Assembly: GCF_009914755.1 (NCBI RefSeq)
Contig: NC_060925.1
Source: the human T2T-CHM13v2.0 reference genome, Homo sapiens
Strand: one strand, 5' to 3'
DNA length: 64,000 nucleotides
The notes beneath the pieces were generated by a model, which saw nothing but the letters and a program-made list of their open reading frames with translations, was not told where the DNA came from and searched no databases. The position numbers and the translations under genes are program-made. Positions 17,007 through 31,100 of the stretch are shown one piece after another. Each line of letters begins with the position of its first letter. Position 1 is the first letter of the stretch.

Positions 17007-17480
17007 CTATAAGAGTGAAGATTTACACATATTTTACTCTAAGTTTCAGACAAGAGAGCATGGTAAACTCTCAGTTAGTATGTTGAATAAGTTTTTAATG
17101 CAATTTTTTTTAACAGGTACTGAGAGTTACCTACCAACATTATTCTCATTAAGCTCTTATTTTCCATTTCTATAAGTTTGAAACTCTATTTTTTCCACTA
17201 AATAATTGATATATTACACAGATATACAAAGTATGAATTAAGCTAAATTAACTTTGTTTATTGCCTCCTATCTTCTTGAGAACTAGTAAGGAAGAAAATG
17301 GAGGATTCTCAGCTAAAAAAGGGAGTTAAAGGTTATAGCTGCTCATCACTCCAGGTAGGGTTTAGTGAAGAGTGGATATGGTCACTGTGACAACTGATGA
17401 GTCCTTAAAAAAATAAAAAACCTGGACCCAGCATTTCCTAATCAGAAGAAGATCAGAACCTCCATCAGTTCATCTCATCA

Positions 17481-17494
17481 GCTGCCATGGCAAC
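17481..17494. promoter_or_regulatory. RFX X-box motif
   Basis: GCTGCCATGGCAAC matches the palindromic X-box GTTGCCATGGCAAC at 13/14 positions, in a locally GC-richer unique patch with retained CpGs (CACGCGC). Confidence 0.6.
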
Positions 17495-17598
17495 AGCCAG
17501 GGCAGATTTGAAGGACTCAGGGACACACGCGCTCATCCTGCTGTCTTCTCCAGTCCTGGAGATGGTTCTTGGTTCTCTCATTTTATAGGCCAGCTATG

Positions 17599-18066
17599 TG
17601 TACACCAAAAAGTGACTGAGGCAGGTCTCAATCAAGATTTATTTAGTAAATCAAGGTTTATTAAATTGAACAAGTCGAGGTTTATTTAGCCAAGGTTGAG
17701 GACATGCCCTGGAAAAAAAGATACAAGTCACAGGAACATCTATGACCTGTGTTTTTCCCAAAGGCGGTTTCGGGAACTTCAGTGTTAAAAGGAGAAAGAG
17801 AATGCAGGAGAGAAAAAAAGAAAGGGAGGGAGGGTAGGCAGTGAGGCAGATGATTACATTCTTGTGAGGCTCTGATTAACTTCAAAAAATCTACATTTTA
17901 CATACAATAAAGAGGGAATAGAGAAAATGAGACTACAACACAGGGTTGTGAAATTACAACTATATATTTGGGAACAAAAAGAACAGTTTTTGTGTGACTC
18001 AGTTCCCAAGGTTAACTGTCCTTTTGACATAGTGAGTTTGGGTCCTGAGTTCAATTTTCTTTGACA
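17599..18066 (-). mobile_element. MER4-family (ERV1) solo LTR
   Basis: Minus strand begins TGTCAAAGAAAATTGAACTCAGGACCCAAACTCACTATG; contains CCTCAACCTTGGCTAAATAAA and TTGAGACCTGCCTCAG. Confidence 0.8.
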
Positions 18067-18176
18067 CTTAGGCATGTGGCCAGGTGACAGCACTTATACT
18101 GCTTAATCCGTGAAGAGTGACCAAGTGGAAGTAAACCATCATCATTTGAAAATATCTCGCCTGAAAGCCAATTGCA

Positions 18177-18498
<322 letters not shown>

Positions 18499-18959
18499 TA
18501 AATGGAAATTCTTGTGAGACAGTAATTTTATATAATCCAGGTTAATAGCTAAGATCTATTGTTGGAGACCATTTTGTGATCAAAAAGAGAAAGTCTCATA
18601 TCAAAGCGATGCTTCTTTGATTCTATATTCAACACATGTTTTATTTGCCACCTCAGATTTTCTTGGATTCACCAGTCTAGTGTTCCATCTGGCTGTAAAA
18701 AGTTCAACTTGGCAATGCCTCACTTCAGTTTTTGCTGAGTGCCTCTCACCTCCTGTCCTATGGCTTTCCTGTTGACACCAAGGCATGAGGTGCTACAAAA
18801 CTTTACTGGATTTCCACATGTGAGCAATTTTGTGAGAATGTAATGATCTTGATTCTTCCTAGAGAAAAGGGGGTACGAGTTTCACAGGTCACAGAGTTCT
18901 CTTCAATGTGGAAGTTAACCACACTCTGAAAAAACTTAAGGCAAGAGGGTTAATAAAAT

Positions 18960-19330
18960 GTGCTGTAAGCCCCACTGTTGCCACTGGCCTTGAGGCTCTA
19001 ATTATAGTCACAATCTCTCCTCTCCCTTTCATTTTAGATTTCCCACTCTTTCAGCCAAGCTGGTCTTGCATACCTGCCTAATAGGATAATACAGACACTT
19101 ATCCCAGAGGTAAAAGTAAAAGTCTCTTATTTACATTGCCCTTGTTGGACCATGGTTTCTGCAGTTGCCCATTTGTCATTATTACTGGGGACAAAAGCAC
19201 CAAGAATTCCATGTTTCCAGATATGCACACCCTACCCATTGTATAGCAGTGGCCCAAACTTTTGATTACTTGAACCAGTATTTATTTTTCTGCCCACTTG
19301 ACTGCGTACATGAAGAGCTCAAAGCGGCCA
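18960..19330 (-). mobile_element. Probable ERVL/MaLR internal fragment
   Basis: TTGGACCATGGTTTCTGCAGTTGCCCATTTGTCATTATTACTGGG resembles the end of ERVL pol in antisense. Confidence 0.4.
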
Positions 19331-19334
19331 AATT

Positions 19335-19830
<496 letters not shown>

Positions 19831-19855
19831 TGACCCAAGTATCAGTGAACGTCTT

Positions 19856-20341
19856 GTGATCCTTCCTGTAATATAGCAAGACAGGCAGTTTCAGAAAGAA
19901 CTAGCACAACAGTTTTTCTTCCACCTCCCTAACGTGTGGGAGGCTCCCTGTCTAGTAGGAGGCTTCCACAAGGAAGTTCCTAATTCACCTCCCTAATTGT
20001 GTATAGGATTTCCCACCTCACCCCTACCCACACAACTTATGATACAGGTGAAGGATATAAAACCATGACTTACTGTATCCTAGAGATGGTTTCTCCACAG
20101 CAGAGCAATGCCTTAACTGTGCTATCACCTGGCCCATCAGGTTCTTTGTCATTCTATAGGATTAGGGTCATAGGGAGCTGACACCGTGCTGATCTTGCTT
20201 TTGCTTTACTTTGTGTAAGTAGTAAACTGTCTAAATTCATTTAGATTCATTGTCTTTTACTAACTGAACCTACGGAAATGTGGCAAGCCAGTCCAGGAGT
20301 TACCACCATGCTGCTACTCACAATTGCTTGACCACTTGACA
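19856..20341 (+). mobile_element. Old ERVL-class solo LTR (subfamily uncertain)
   Basis: TG start, TATA-like GATATAAAA, GTAAGTAGTAAAC poly(A)-like motif, end GACCACTTGACA. Confidence 0.5.
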
Positions 20342-20571
20342 GTATTCATTAACCTTTTACCCAAATACCATTTTGCTTACCTATACTCACAGTAGCTTAT
20401 GTCCCTGCCAATAAACTTTGCTTTTGCAAATCTCTGTTCTACACTGAAACTAGAATGGCTTTTCTAAAATGCAAATCTGATATTGCCTCCACACTTAACA
20501 TCTTTCAGTTGAAGATAGTAAAGATTTTCGTTTTACCACAGTTTCATTGACTTCCATGATTTGACTATTGA

Positions 20572-20891
<320 letters not shown>

Positions 20892-21315
20892 AACACCTCA
20901 TTTCTTGCCACTCTCCATCTTATACTGTAAGTTCTAGTGGAATTAAATATATTCTTCATTTCTGAGGCAAGACACAAATGCCAAGTTTTAGATACTGAAA
21001 ATGTTTAATCCTTAACAATCCTGAGTACAAAATATGGCAGCAAGATATGAGGCTGTGTAAGAAAGCAAAGCAATGTTGGATTCATTTAGAATACTGTGGT
21101 CTTGCCTTAATCCTCTTTGACTTAATGAGCTGGGTGTGTATCTCTAAAATATATCCAGCAACCCATGATTGGCATGCACAAATACCACATTTACCCTATA
21201 GAATGAGTGACAGAAGACTCCACGTCCAGAGCCACATCCTAGTCCCTTTTTCTTATGTTTCCAGGGAAAAAATGACTTGTTAATTTCTTCATATACATAT
21301 ATATATGTTAATTTC

Positions 21316-21319
<4 letters not shown>

Positions 21320-21365
<46 letters not shown>
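21320..21365. repeat. (TA)n microsatellite, ~22 units
   Basis: Direct reading. Confidence 0.95.
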
Positions 21366-21369
<4 letters not shown>

Positions 21370-21600
21370 CTCAGGGGTGAGTAAAACCTGGAGCTTGTTC
21401 TGAAATATTTTCAACTGAGCAGTATATGCAACATTATGGACATGGCTGTAGGATTAATTAGGGCCTGTTTGATCTAACCGTTTGCTGCAGTGTTTGAAAA
21501 GCCAACAAATGACTCTTGTTGGCATGTGTCAGCATAACACACTAGACTGCAAAATTGGTGTCTTTTTCATCTTTGACATTATACACTCTGCCCTTCTTAC

Positions 21601-21673
21601 TTTCTTCAAATTCTGAGAAACTAAGCAAGACTTTGTAAATATTTTCCAAATATTTGTTTTCAATATAAGATAT
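21601..21673 (-). other. Candidate exon (73 nt)
   Basis: Strong acceptor ttttggttttgtctttag|, donor AAA|gtaaga; open frame ISYIENKYLENIYKVLLSFSEFEE. Confidence 0.5.
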
Positions 21674-24191
21674 CTAAAGACAAAACCAAAAATGGGATTT
21701 TCAATGAATTTTCCCCTCAAATAAAATGTTCCTTTTTGGAAACATTATAGAATAATGTTCCATAAAAGTACAAAACATCTTGAAGAGAGATGTTCAGAGG
21801 TTAAGGTGTTATTTTAACACTTGCGAGTGAAAATATGATACTCCTCCTTAGTGATAAGGAAAGCTGACACTTGTGAATCATCCATTTTAATACATTAATG
21901 TGCATCTGATGCTTGGCAACATTGCAGAAAAAATAAGAGTGAACAGAGCATAAATGTGTAAGAATGAATGCAGGATGCTTTAAATTGCAAAGTCCCCTAG
22001 ATATGAAATGAAAATGCATTTTAATTATCACTTTAGAAATACTGCTTTCACACTGGTGTCATTTCTTGCAAACATATTCTCTTCAGGTAACAGAGTCACA
22101 TTAATGGCTGTTGAAATTCAGCAGATATTCCTGGTACTTCTCTGACTCCATTCATGATACTGAATTATGGCTTAGTGATACCACTTTCATGTGTTGTTTA
22201 GGAACAAAGATGCGATTAGGAAAATTGCTTCCAAGCCACCATAGCAAATTTTCACCAAAACGATCAAGCAGACAGCTATGGTAAATGACATTGCCTTTTA
22301 CTTTGACATCTGAATACCATATCATTAGAATGGAAAGGACTTCATGTCACATCCCCAAATATATGTTCCAGTTTAGAATCCTTTGTTGCTGAGTTATATT
22401 TCCTAATATTAGTGTATTCTGTGTCTCTGTACTATTACTTAAAAAGCATTGGCACTTTTAAAAAAGTATAGATTCAGGTGGTATATGTGCAGGTTTGTTA
22501 CACCAGTGTATTGCATAATAAAAATCAGCACTTTTAACATGGTCTCTTTTTCTTTCAGTATTTGGTGACATTAGTACACAGTCAAAAACATTTTCATGAA
22601 GTGGCTAGTATATAGATTGTCACAGTATGGGGATGAAGGTGACATACAATTTTAATTACAACTAATTCTGTGTATTCTCTGTAGATTCCATATATTTTTT
22701 CCAAATCCTCCAAAGCACTCATCAATGTAAATTGCAGCTAAATTTTTAAGTGAGGGCTTACACTTTAAAGAAATAATTACATGACCATGATGCAGCACAG
22801 TCCAATTCAGTATAAATTGTAGCACTAATTACATGCATGTATTTTACTCACTTATCGTTTGAGAAAATATTTTTGGAAAAGTGTATTGGTAATCATCAAG
22901 TCAGAACCCAAAGAGCAACAGTATTCATCTGGCTTGGGGTTTGTGTTTTAACATAAATGCCTTGTCTACAGTGAATGTTCCTGATTGCAATCTGCCATGA
23001 GGTTCATCAGCTGTTCTCTTGGCTGCTTCTCTCAGAGTACCCTGGTAAACCATTACACTTCAGTTTCATAGTAAAGGTAATTTTGTCTTGTGGGGAAGTT
23101 TTTAATGTCAAAAGGCCAAAATATAGCCTACAATAAAATTAATCATATTCATGTTCTACAGAATTTTCTCTTGTAACATAACAATATTGTGCAATTCCTT
23201 TGCTATTATGAAAATATGAGACTATAGGAGTCTTTATTTCTCTCTCAGTCATTTTGCATTAAGATTTTGACATGAGAAAGTAGGAGATTGGGATGTTAGC
23301 TCTGACTTTGTCATCTTGTAATGATGTTATCTTGGTTAAATCATATTAATGCTTACAGACTGCTTTTTCCATATATAATATGAAGTAGTTGGACAAGATC
23401 ACCAATAAGATTTATTTAGTCCTCAAATATTCTAATATAGAGAACTTGCTTATATAGGAGATTTTAAAAAAGTTAAACCACAAAATTTGGTATTGCTTAT
23501 CTTGTGATTTGAAAGTAAGGTCATTAAAATTTTTTGTTGGTATATTGAAATCAGGGTTACTTCCTTAAAATTTAATTACAGTAATCTATACACTATGTTT
23601 CAATTAAACAATGATAAAACATTACTTCTATGGAAGTATGTTTTGAAGAGAAATACACTTTTTTCTGATAGGTTTAATATAGCACAAGATTTACCTTTTT
23701 GGATGGTAACTGTATATTATTTTTCTACCTAGAATTGACATTTTGTAGAACACAATAACATCGGGAAATCATGACAATACATAAGTCAGCAGCTGGATAT
23801 GTCAATAGATTTCACGTGTATAGAGTGTGATGCCCATTTTTTTCATCTCCATGTCACTGTGACACATGGTCAGGATGACATTGGGTCAGAAGAGAGATAG
23901 CATTTTAACACCCAAAGGACTCTTGGTCCTAAATCAAATCTCTTTTGATTTATCTAGTTATTGTTTGTTTATCTAGTTATTGTTTGATTTTGTTTACTTT
24001 TTATTTCAAATATTATCCAGTGGAGCAATGATTCAATGACATCAACTTTCTGTATGACAGAGTAATCAGCTTCTGTCTTTATCCGTGTTGAGTTAGAGTC
24101 AGGCAGAATTTCTCTTTGGATCTACAGGAGATTTTGTCCACTTTTGTCTAGTCTTAGAAAAGGAGCATTCTTAACCACAAAAGAAACTTAC

Positions 24192-24264
24192 GTAATCCTC
24201 TAACATAGAGTTCTGCTCATTTATTAACAGATTTTCTACACATTAGCTTATCTCAATAGTAAGT
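24192..24264 (-). other. Candidate exon (73 nt) with one in-frame stop
   Basis: Acceptor aacttttag|, donor TAC|gtaagt; LTIEIS*CVENLLINEQNSMLEDY. Confidence 0.35.
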
Positions 24265-24651
24265 CTAAAAGTTTTTCAGAGAAAGATAGTAGAAAAGGAG
24301 AATATTAATTTGTTTTCCATGATCATTTATTATTGGTGATTTAGTAGACACATACCACAACTTAAATCAAGAAAACTAGTTTACTTGCCATAGCTTCAAA
24401 TTATCCTGAAATTATATATATGTGCATATGTGTATATACATATATGCAATAACTAGTACATAATATTTATAATGAGTATTAATCATTGAAAGATAGGAGA
24501 TAATTTTCTAGTTACTGAACCTCAGAAGAAATAATATTTAAAAAGGTCCAAACTTAAATGACTTTCGAAATAAGATTATGCTAGGATAATAGCTTATCAG
24601 ATCACATGCATCTTAATTCTAAATGAGCATATGGGATTGAAGGTAGAATTG

Positions 24652-24699
24652 AAAAAAAAAGCAGGGGTTGCAATCCTAGTCTCTGATAAAACAGACTTT
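24652..24699 (+). mobile_element. Isolated internal L1PA ORF2 (endonuclease) fragment
   Basis: AAAAAGCAGGGGTTGCAATCCTAGTCTCTGATAAAACAGACTTT (KAGVAILVSDKTDF). Confidence 0.85.
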
Positions 24700-24700
24700 T

Positions 24701-25028
<328 letters not shown>

Positions 25029-25423
25029 TTATGTCGGAAGGGTTCCATGTTGATTAAAAAAAAAACAACTTTTTACCACATCTATTTTCAATAATAGAGG
25101 TTCAAGAAGCTAACACTGAAAATCAAATCATTGATACATGTTAAACACAAACATAGTTTACACTCTGCCAAAAAAAAATTTGGTTTGCTTTTAAATGGTT
25201 CTGCTAGCTTTATGTTTCACTAGATTTCAAAACACTCTTTAGTATAAGATTGCCTGTAATTCTTTTATATTTGTGGTAAAAAAAATAACATTGGTCAGCT
25301 GCTCTTCGGAACAATTCCATAGACTGCTATTAGAGATATATACTTGGAAACAATTGTGCTTAGTCTTGGCAATTATCATTGATATACAATGTTATCACTG
25401 AGCTCAATTGTCCTGGATGCTCT

Positions 25424-25550
25424 TTTCAATCATGAATAGAAAACATAGATAATTCTTGAGAACTGATGAGACAAAAATAGAAACTTTTTGCTTCTATCTT
25501 TATCTCATCAATTATCAAGAATTATCTATCTTTTCTATTCATGATTGAAA
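25424..25550. repeat. Inverted repeat, 61-bp arms, 5-nt loop, 6 mismatches
   Basis: 25424-25484 is the ungapped reverse complement of 25490-25550. Confidence 0.95.
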
Positions 25551-26109
25551 TGACATTATAAGTTAAAATTTCCAGTATAAAACAGTTGGTGATAACTTAT
25601 CTTCATGTAAGTTATTGACTGTAGAAACTGATTATCTGGGTCCACAAAACAAAGATACTATAAAGTGAAGAATCTAGAAAAAAAAAAAGGTAACAATGGT
25701 ACAGTAGACTGGGAAGACAATGAGGTTTTCAATGAAGAAATGCTTAAGTAAGTTTGTTTACCTTCATCTATAGTAGTAGAACTAAGTAGAAAGAAAGAAG
25801 ATAACAGTCATGTGCATACTTTCACTAAAATAGGTTGAGATGTCATGATAATTTTTATATGACGGGGTAGACAGAGTAATATTTTAACTAAGAAAATTTA
25901 ATTAATTTAAATTCTAAATGAATACACCTCAAATACAGAATTCATCACCTTATAGTTTAGGACCACAATAAATGTTACTCTTCAACATATTATAGAAATG
26001 CTTTCAACATTATCAGACAAAACACTGCATTTTATACAAGTATCTTGGAAATCACAGACAATATAATCTACCTATAAAAAATTTGAATACAATCAATATG
26101 ATACCTTGC

Positions 26110-26760
26110 ATTCCTAAATGATGAAGGCAGGAGTAATAGTGAAAAACAATTTCTGTAATTCAGGTAAGATGTAATGAGAATCAATCAAAGCTAATGTCAC
26201 TGGGGTAGGTTTTGTGAAGAGATAAATAAGGCGATCTGGTGGAATAATGAGGAATTCATGTTTCAGCTTGGAATGGTGTAAGTGTGTTGATAATTGAGAT
26301 AGCAACTTCAGTGAAGAAAGATATGCTGGAGAAAATTCATTAGAGAATATTTTGGACTAATTGAAGTATATATTGGCATTTTGGTAGAGATGCACAGAAA
26401 ACAGGATAGAAATGCAGAATTAGGTGACATCCTGATAGAGCTCATGGTGAATCATATTACTTAATTAAAGAGGAAGACAAAAAGTGGGCCAAGGTGAAAA
26501 CTCAGGGAAAGCCCATATTTAAGAATTAAAATAAGTAAGAAGGACAAGTGATAAATATTCAAAGAAAGGAGTCAGAGAAAGGAAGATAATAAGGAGAATA
26601 CAGTATCTCATATGCCTTGAAAGGGAGTATTTCAAAAGGAAGGGTGAAATAAAGAATATCAAATGTTTCATAAAGAATGGGTGAAAAGAAAATTAAGAAT
26701 CTGAATATTTTGTCACGTAATTTTCAAAGAAAAGTATGAGTAAAAGATAAATTACAGTAT
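26110..26760 (-). mobile_element. L2 LINE fragment
   Basis: Purine-rich antisense L2 pattern (AGGGAAAGCCCATATTTAAG; GAAAGGGAGTATTTCAAAAGGAAGGG). Confidence 0.6.
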
Positions 26761-28279
26761 TTTTGGCTTGAAATGTACAAAGAAATCACAGGAACCATAA
26801 CATTTTTTTAAACGCAGGATCAGAATAATGAGATACAACAAAATGAACATGGATTTAAGGAATTAAAAAAGTACCCTATGCAAAATGGTAGTCCAAAAGA
26901 TATTTTATTCTCATATCTCACAGGGGTTTTAGCCAGAATAATTTAGTCTTTGGGGTCTTTAGAATGTAATAACTTGACCCTCATTTTTGTCTGTTATTAC
27001 CTACAGTGAGAAGACCAAAGGGACCAATTTATTAACCAAAAGTACAGAGCCACCCATTAAAGCTGGATTGAAGATAATAGCATGGACTTTCCCTCGGTTT
27101 TCACTAGCTTAATCTGAAGCAGAATAACAAGATAATCTCAGCTCTTTCTTGCAGGGCAGAAAACCATGCTCCAATGAACTTTTCCATGTGGAAAAAGAAA
27201 CCTTAAGGAAAATGAACTTGATCATCAAGCAAGTAAGGCCAAAGTGGAAGAAAGTAAGGTACTGTACTCCAACTCATCAAATAAAGAATTCACATTTGTG
27301 GGTGAATAGGGATGGGAAGAGAAAGATGTTTATGGCTCTTAAATTCTCTTCTACCATTCAGATTTATGCTTAAATAGCAAATCATGGGTGATCAATTCTC
27401 TGCAAAGGTGTTTTTCAGTGGTTTATCAGGTGAATCCTTTTCTAACTTTCATGAATTATAGTTCAATTCCCAAAATCTGCTTTTTGGTGCATACTCTTAG
27501 GGCCAGAAATTATCAATTAAGCTTCTCCATAGGCAGGCTCTGAAATAGGGTTAGAGTAATATATTGATTAATTTCAGACCACACTGTCCCTTTGGCCAAA
27601 ATGTAACACTTTTCTTTCAAATCAGATTATCCCGGTTATATTGTCTAATGTAACACCAGAGATTAGGAAATAAACCCAAATAACAGCATCAAAATACTCT
27701 AAATAGTACACTGTTCTATTAAAACGTGCTAAATTTGAACAATATAAATTATTTGTGCTCAATTTCCAGGAAGAAATTAGATTCCAAAAAACCTAATTTT
27801 GAAATTAAATTTCAAAGGAATTAAAGTCCAAACATGTGCTTTCCCCAATTTTTCAATCAGTTTAGTCTCAGCCAAAGGCATCTTGCGCGGATGCTTGGTG
27901 AGATACGGGGATCCTGCAGTGTCTGTATGGCCTGGTCTATCTTCCACTTAAAGGACTGACATTTCTTCAGCATCTCAATAGTTGAATTAATTCAATACCG
28001 AGTATTGAGGGGAGTTGAGTTACAGAGAAAATATTAAAAAATTTTTTTTTCCGGATTTAACCAGGATGCCAGTCATCCTATGCTACTTGTTTAGAGTCTA
28101 TGATCTGTGAAATTGAATTCAGCTTGGTAAACTAAACACCCAGAAGTTGAGGCTGTGTATTTACCATATTTAGAGGCGGGCATGAGTTTACCATATGCAT
28201 GTTCTGTGTCCTCCCACAGAAAAGGTGTTTGAAACATCCCTACCTTTTAGCATATTTGAGTATGTGCAGGAGTAGTCAC

Positions 28280-29455
28280 TTTTTATTTTTAAAATGTTTT
28301 CTCATCATTACTGAGGATGATTGACAGATAAAAATTGTATATGTTCAAAGTATGCAACAGGATTATTTGATGTATGTGTACACTGTGAATGATTACCACA
28401 TTCTAATTGTCACATATATCAACACATATAGTTACCATTTGTGTGTCTATCTGTATGTCTGTGATGAAGACACTTAAGATTTACTCTCTTAGCAAATTTC
28501 AAATGAACAATACAATCTTATTAATGGTAGTAACCACAAGATAACCTTTTAAAAACTTTTTTTCGGAGTATAGCATGCATTCAGAAAAGTGCAAAATCTT
28601 AATTGTAGAGTTTAATACATTTTTACCAAGTGAAGCTACTTTATAGCCACTACCCAGATTGAGATACAGAATATATGAATACCACAGAAGCCCCACTCAG
28701 ATGAAAATTTATTAGTTTAATAATCTATTTTGCTTATGAAAAATAATACTGAATATATTTTCATCTTTTAGCCATTTGTGTAACTTTGTTCCTGTTCAAG
28801 TTTTTTTTCCTATGTATTAAATTGTAGTAAAACACTTAGGATGAGATCTACTGTTAACACATTTTTAAGTGCATCATACAGCACTGTTTAATACAGGCAC
28901 TATGTTGTAAAACAGATCTCCAGAAGTTATTCTTCTTACATTATTGAAATTTTACACTCATTGAACAGTTCTCCATTACCTCTCTCCACCAGCCTCTGGC
29001 AACCACTTCTGTTTCTATGAGTTTGACTATTTTAGGTACCCCATAAAAGTGGAAATATGTAACATTTGTCTGTCTGTGATTTGTTTATTTCACTTAGCAT
29101 AATGTCTTCCAGATTTATTAAAGTTGCATTTGGAAGGATTTCTTTCTTTTTAAGGCTATATAATGTTCCATTGTATGTCTATACCACATTTTCTTTATCC
29201 GTTCATCTGTCAGTTATGATTTGGATTGTATTCCTATCTTGGCTGTTGTGAAGAATGCTACAAGGAACATGGGAGTGAAGATTTCTTTTTGAGATCTTGA
29301 TTTCAATTCTTTTGGATATGTATCCAGCAGTGGAATCTCTGGATCATATGTAATTCTATTTTTATTTTTTTAAGAAACCTCCATACTATTTTCCATAGAG
29401 TAGTACCATTTTACATTGTTACCAACAGTGTATAAGAGTTTCAATTTATTGACAT
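28280..29455 (-). mobile_element. Cluster of L1MA/L1ME 3' ends
   Basis: Antisense 3' UTRs at 28280-28545, 28550-28700 and 28800-29455 (AAGATTTACTCTCTTAGCAAATTTCAA; TTTCACTTAGCATAATGTCTTCCAG). Confidence 0.8.
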
Positions 29456-29479
29456 CACATTATATGTGTACACATATAT

Positions 29480-31100
29480 ACAGTATCTTCACTTTATGGT
29501 GTTTCCTGATGAACGTATGGTGTTGATTTTAATGAAGTCCAATATATCAATCTTTTATAGTTAGTGGTTTTTTAACATAGTGCTTTTTATATACTTTTGC
29601 ATACCCCAACATCACGAAGATGGTCTTCTGTGTAATCTTAATCTTGAAGTTAGTTTTATTATTATCCGAACTTCTACATTTAAGTCCATGATCCATATAG
29701 AACTTGATTTTTGTGTCTGGTGGGAGGAAAAAGCCGAGATTTTTTCTTTTTCTGTGTAACTCTTCAATTGATACATTGTGATTCATTGAAAAGGCCATCT
29801 TCTCCATTATGTGGCATTGACTAGTGTCATAAATCAGGTTATCAGCATGTTCTCACTTACAAGTAGGCGTTAAATAATGTGTACATATGGACATAGCATG
29901 TGGAATGATAGACAATGAAGACTCAGAAGGGTGAGGAGGCAGGAGGGGGGTGGATGATGAGAGATTGCTTAATGGATACAATATACGTTATTTCAGTGAT
30001 GGATACTCCAAAAGCCTTTACATCACCACTGTGCAATCTATACATGTAACAAAATTACACTTGTACTCCATAAATTTATACAAATAAAAAATAAATAAGA
30101 TGATTAGAAACATATGGGTCTGTTTCTGGATGTTTTATCCTGTTTCTTTGATCTATTTGTCTATCCTTGTGTAATACTACAGATACAACAGATTTAATTC
30201 ATACACACACAGACAAACATATACATACATTCATTTCATGAATGAATTTTTGAATGTTATGAAACAATTTTTTCTGCATCTATTGAAATTATGCTTTTTC
30301 TCTTTCCTTACTCTATTACTGGGATGAATTGCATTTATTGATCTCCAACTGTTATACTAAACTCGAATCCCTAAATAAACCCAAATTGCAATGGTGTGTT
30401 GTTGTTGGATTTTTAAAAACATCTACATTCATTAGTGAAATTAGACCATACATTTCCTTTCTTATAATATTATTCTAAAGTTTGGAATCAAGGTCATGCT
30501 GACTTTATATATTAGGGAGTATTTCCTTCTTTTTCATACTGTGAAACATTTGTGTAACATTGGAATAATTTCTGTCTTGAATACTTGAATAGTAGCTGTA
30601 AATACAACTTCACGATGCATTATTCACATTTAATTCTGCGGATGTTTCCTCCAGGGATATTCACTTGGTAAGCATTGCAATTGGCATTACTAATGTTAAT
30701 TTTTACTTTCTCTACTTTTTGATCAGTCTTTCTTTTATCTATTTTATCTCTATTTAAATAACTGATTTCTGACTTGGTTCATTTTCTCCAGGTTACATTT
30801 GTTTTCTATTGTATTCACTGCTGCTCTTACCTATAATATTTCCTTCATCTACTATATTTGGGTTTAAGTTGCTATACTTTTTCCAGGTGCTGGTATAGAT
30901 ACTTAGGTAACTGAATTTTAACCTTTCTTCTTTTGTAATGTATGCTTTTAAGGTTAAAAGTTTTCCTCTGATCACTACTGTGGCCAGAAAGGTAAGGTTT
31001 GATGTATTATATTTTCCTGATCATTCAATTCTAAATATTTTATAATTTTTATTGGGATTTCTTCTTTGGTCAATGGGTTATTGAGAAGTTTATTAAGAGA
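29480..31100 (-). mobile_element. Old L1M ORF2 fragments
   Basis: Minus-strand remnants (IRGKLLTLKAYITKEERLK; KLLNNPLTKEEIPIKIIKYLELND). Confidence 0.8.
29845..30098 (+). mobile_element. L1PB4/L1MA-type 3' end nested in older L1
   Basis: GCATGTTCTCACTTACAAGT...CATGTAACAAAATTACACTTGTACTCCATAAATTTATAC plus A tail. Confidence 0.85.
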
